From: Patescibacteria group bacterium
GTDB lineage: Bacteria > Patescibacteriota > WWE3 > UBA101185 > 2-01-FULL-41-18
DNA: 64,000 nucleotides
Reading direction: 5' to 3'
Assembly: GCA_038064575.1 (NCBI GenBank)
Contig: JBBTST010000003.1
Coordinates: 6,751 to 70,750, forward strand
Both the position numbers and the translations under genes were made by a program. This document shows positions 62,157 through 64,000 of this stretch, in pieces; the stretch's first letter is position 1, and each line of letters starts with the position of its first letter. Below the pieces are notes generated by a model. The model saw only the letters and a list, made by a program, of their open reading frames with translations, did not search any database and was not told the DNA's origin.

Positions 62157-63461
62157 ATGAAAAGACTGTTGATAACTTTAACCTCTTATAAATTTGGCTT
62201 GGTTCTTTTTTTTCTTATCCTTCTTTTCTTTCCCCTAAATTTGTCTAAACATTTTATTCTTAATTCTAGTTTTGTGTCGGGGCTTTTGCTTGATTACCTT
62301 ATTCCCACAATTTATGTATCTGACATTCTTTTATTTTTGGTTGCCTGTTTTTTAGCAGTCAAACTCTTTGTGTTGCATAGAAAAGTAAGCATCTCAAACA
62401 AATTTAAACATCTTTTGTACGTTTTAGTCGGTTACCTTTTGGTTCTTTTTCTAAGAGTGGAAAACATTCAGGCATTTGTCTACAGTTTAAAAACTACACT
62501 TTTCTTAATTTTAGTTTTTTACTTTTCTGTTTTCTTTTCATTTAAGAAAACTTTTAAGGCTTTTTCTTTGGCACTTTCCATAACTATGTTCCTTGAAGCC
62601 CTGCTTGGTATTTTTCAGTTTTTTGGGAGAGGTTCAGTATTTGATAACTTTTTGTTTTTTGGGGAGGTTCCCTATTCCTTTAACACTCTTGGTATTACCA
62701 GGGAAAGTTATTTTGGAGTTATGATGGTTGCCCCCTATGCAACATTTCCCCACCCCAATGTTTTTGGAGGTTTTCTTGTATTTGCTCTGCTAACCACTTT
62801 TTACAGTCTGCTAAAAGAAAAATCTGCAGGCTTGCTGTTTGCAAATTTTCAAATCCTCTCATTAGTGTTTGGTTTTTTTGCACTGCTCCTTACAAAAAGC
62901 ACTTCAGCTTTTTTAGCCCTTATTTTTGGATTTGCTATTTTACTTTTGCTAAAAATTCAAGGGAAAAAAATAGTAGTAAGAGCAGCCCTCTTAGTTTTTA
63001 TTTTAATTAACTTTGTTTCTTTTGAAGCTTTCACTTCTTACCGTTTCAATAATACCCCCTCCTTTTTTAGAAGAGGCGATCTTATCAAAAGTTCCAGCCT
63101 TATGATTAGAGATAATTTTTTATTTGGAGTGGGTACGGCCTCTTTCACAAGAAAACTTGAAGGTTATGGAGGGGTTAGGGGGATTATTAGATTTGTACAC
63201 CCTGTGCACAACATTTTTTTGTTAGTATTTTCTGAGCTTGGGCTGGTGGGTTTTCTGCTTTTTATACTTTTTCTAATTAAAGCTTACATTCACCTTGAAA
63301 ACAGCACCACGCCTTTACTTATTCCTGCCTTGTTTTTTTCAGTTCTTACTTTGGGGGTTTTTGATCATTACCTTTTAACCATACAACAAGGGCTTTTTGT
63401 TTTTTGGTTGACACTGTCTTTGGTGTTATCTACAATGAATTCACATGAAACTAGTTCCTAG
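62157..63461 (+). CDS. O-antigen ligase / O-oligosaccharyltransferase (Wzy_C) family membrane protein
   Basis: PYATFPHPNVFGG, LTKS.SA, R......M......GVG..SF, PVHNIFLL..SELG..G, FDHY. Confidence 0.85.
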   Translation: MKRLLITLTSYKFGLVLFFLILLFFPLNLSKHFILNSSFVSGLLLDYLIPTIYVSDILLFLVACFLAVKLFVLHRKVSISNKFKHLLYVLVGYLLVLFLRVENIQAFVYSLKTTLFLILVFYFSVFFSFKKTFKAFSLALSITMFLEALLGIFQFFGRGSVFDNFLFFGEVPYSFNTLGITRESYFGVMMVAPYATFPHPNVFGGFLVFALLTTFYSLLKEKSAGLLFANFQILSLVFGFFALLLTKSTSAFLALIFGFAILLLLKIQGKKIVVRAALLVFILINFVSFEAFTSYRFNNTPSFFRRGDLIKSSSLMIRDNFLFGVGTASFTRKLEGYGGVRGIIRFVHPVHNIFLLVFSELGLVGFLLFILFLIKAYIHLENSTTPLLIPALFFSVLTLGVFDHYLLTIQQGLFVFWLTLSLVLSTMNSHETSS

Positions 63462-64000
63462 CCCAAAATATAGAAGTCTTTTTTTCATTCTATTACTTCC
63501 TCTTGTACTAACAAGTTGCACGCCAGCTGATACGCTTTCAAAACTGCCTGTCATTGGAAAATATTTTAAACCCAAAGGGGATGCTCCGGTAACTCTTACC
63601 GTTTGGGGTTTGTGGGAGCCCAAAGAGGTAATGGACGTTCTTTTTGAGGAATATAAGCAAACACATCCAAATGTTGCTATAGAATATGAGCAGCGCTCTT
63701 TGGCAAATCTTAAAGCATATAAAGACTCGGTTGTTACAAGACTTTCTGAAGGCTCCGCACCTGATATTGTTCTTGTGCACAATAGTTGGATGCCCTCTTT
63801 GTATTCTTCGTTAACCCCTGCCTCAGATAAAGTTATTAGCACTTCTGATTTTGATACCTCTTTTTATTCGGTTGCAAAAGATTACGGTGTTTCTGAAGGG
63901 AAAGTCTATGCCCTGCCTTCAGGCTTTGATGGGCTTGCTCTTGTGTATAACAGAGACATGTTTACTGAAGTTGGTCTTTCCACGCCTCCTGCTACCTGGG
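63445..64000 (+). CDS. ABC transporter sugar-binding lipoprotein (partial; runs off the window end)
   Basis: My translation: MKLVPSPKYRSLFFILLLPLVLTSC (lipobox) ...VTLTVWGLWE...YKQTHPNV.IEY...PDIVLVHNSW...GKVYALP..FDGLALVYN.DMF...G...PPATW. Confidence 0.88.
   Translation, partial: MKLVPSPKYRSLFFILLLPLVLTSCTPADTLSKLPVIGKYFKPKGDAPVTLTVWGLWEPKEVMDVLFEEYKQTHPNVAIEYEQRSLANLKAYKDSVVTRLSEGSAPDIVLVHNSWMPSLYSSLTPASDKVISTSDFDTSFYSVAKDYGVSEGKVYALPSGFDGLALVYNRDMFTEVGLSTPPATW

Noticed and set aside
1-64000. CRISPR array, IS element, integrase, prophage or rRNA
   Set aside because: No regularly spaced repeats, transposase/recombinase motifs, phage structural genes or rRNA sequence were recognised by eye.
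1-64000. Alternative genetic code (UGA = Gly, as in Gracilibacteria/Absconditabacteria)
   Set aside because: Conserved genes are full length under code 11, and several end in TGA at the expected place (yidC, prgI).

Overview
Chromosomal segment of an AT-rich bacterium using the standard genetic code (TGA is a stop). Gene content points to Patescibacteria/CPR, probably Microgenomates- or WWE3-like; this placement is inference. The window runs up to the replication origin: dnaN-jag-yidC-yidD-rnpA-rpmH on the minus strand, then dnaA, followed by a DnaA-box cluster at ~61.9-62.15 kb. Housekeeping genes include mutL-mutS, metG, rpoD-dnaG, comF, smpB plus tmRNA, three tRNA-Ser genes and a tRNA-Arg with the uncommon GCG anticodon. 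Many surface-glycan enzymes and short orphan genes are interspersed, along with an Erm-like rRNA methyltransferase and a non-canonical Fic protein. The main accessory feature is an ~18.5 kb origin-proximal type IV secretion-like locus (37.7-56.2 kb). It has four VirB2/TrbC-like pilins, one carrying a 26-Cys head with a knottin-like motif. It also encodes a large secreted protein with an apparently inactivated glycoside-hydrolase domain, a membrane-anchored lysozyme-like + M23 hydrolase, a SpoIID-type transglycosylase, a VirB6-like protein, a very long PrgI, a TraC-like protein and VirB4. No relaxase, coupling protein or integrase is visible. Across the window, many core genes look leaderless (a -10 box 6-9 nt before ATG), whereas orphan genes carry strong Shine-Dalgarno sites. 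All product calls are by eye from motifs; no database searches were run.
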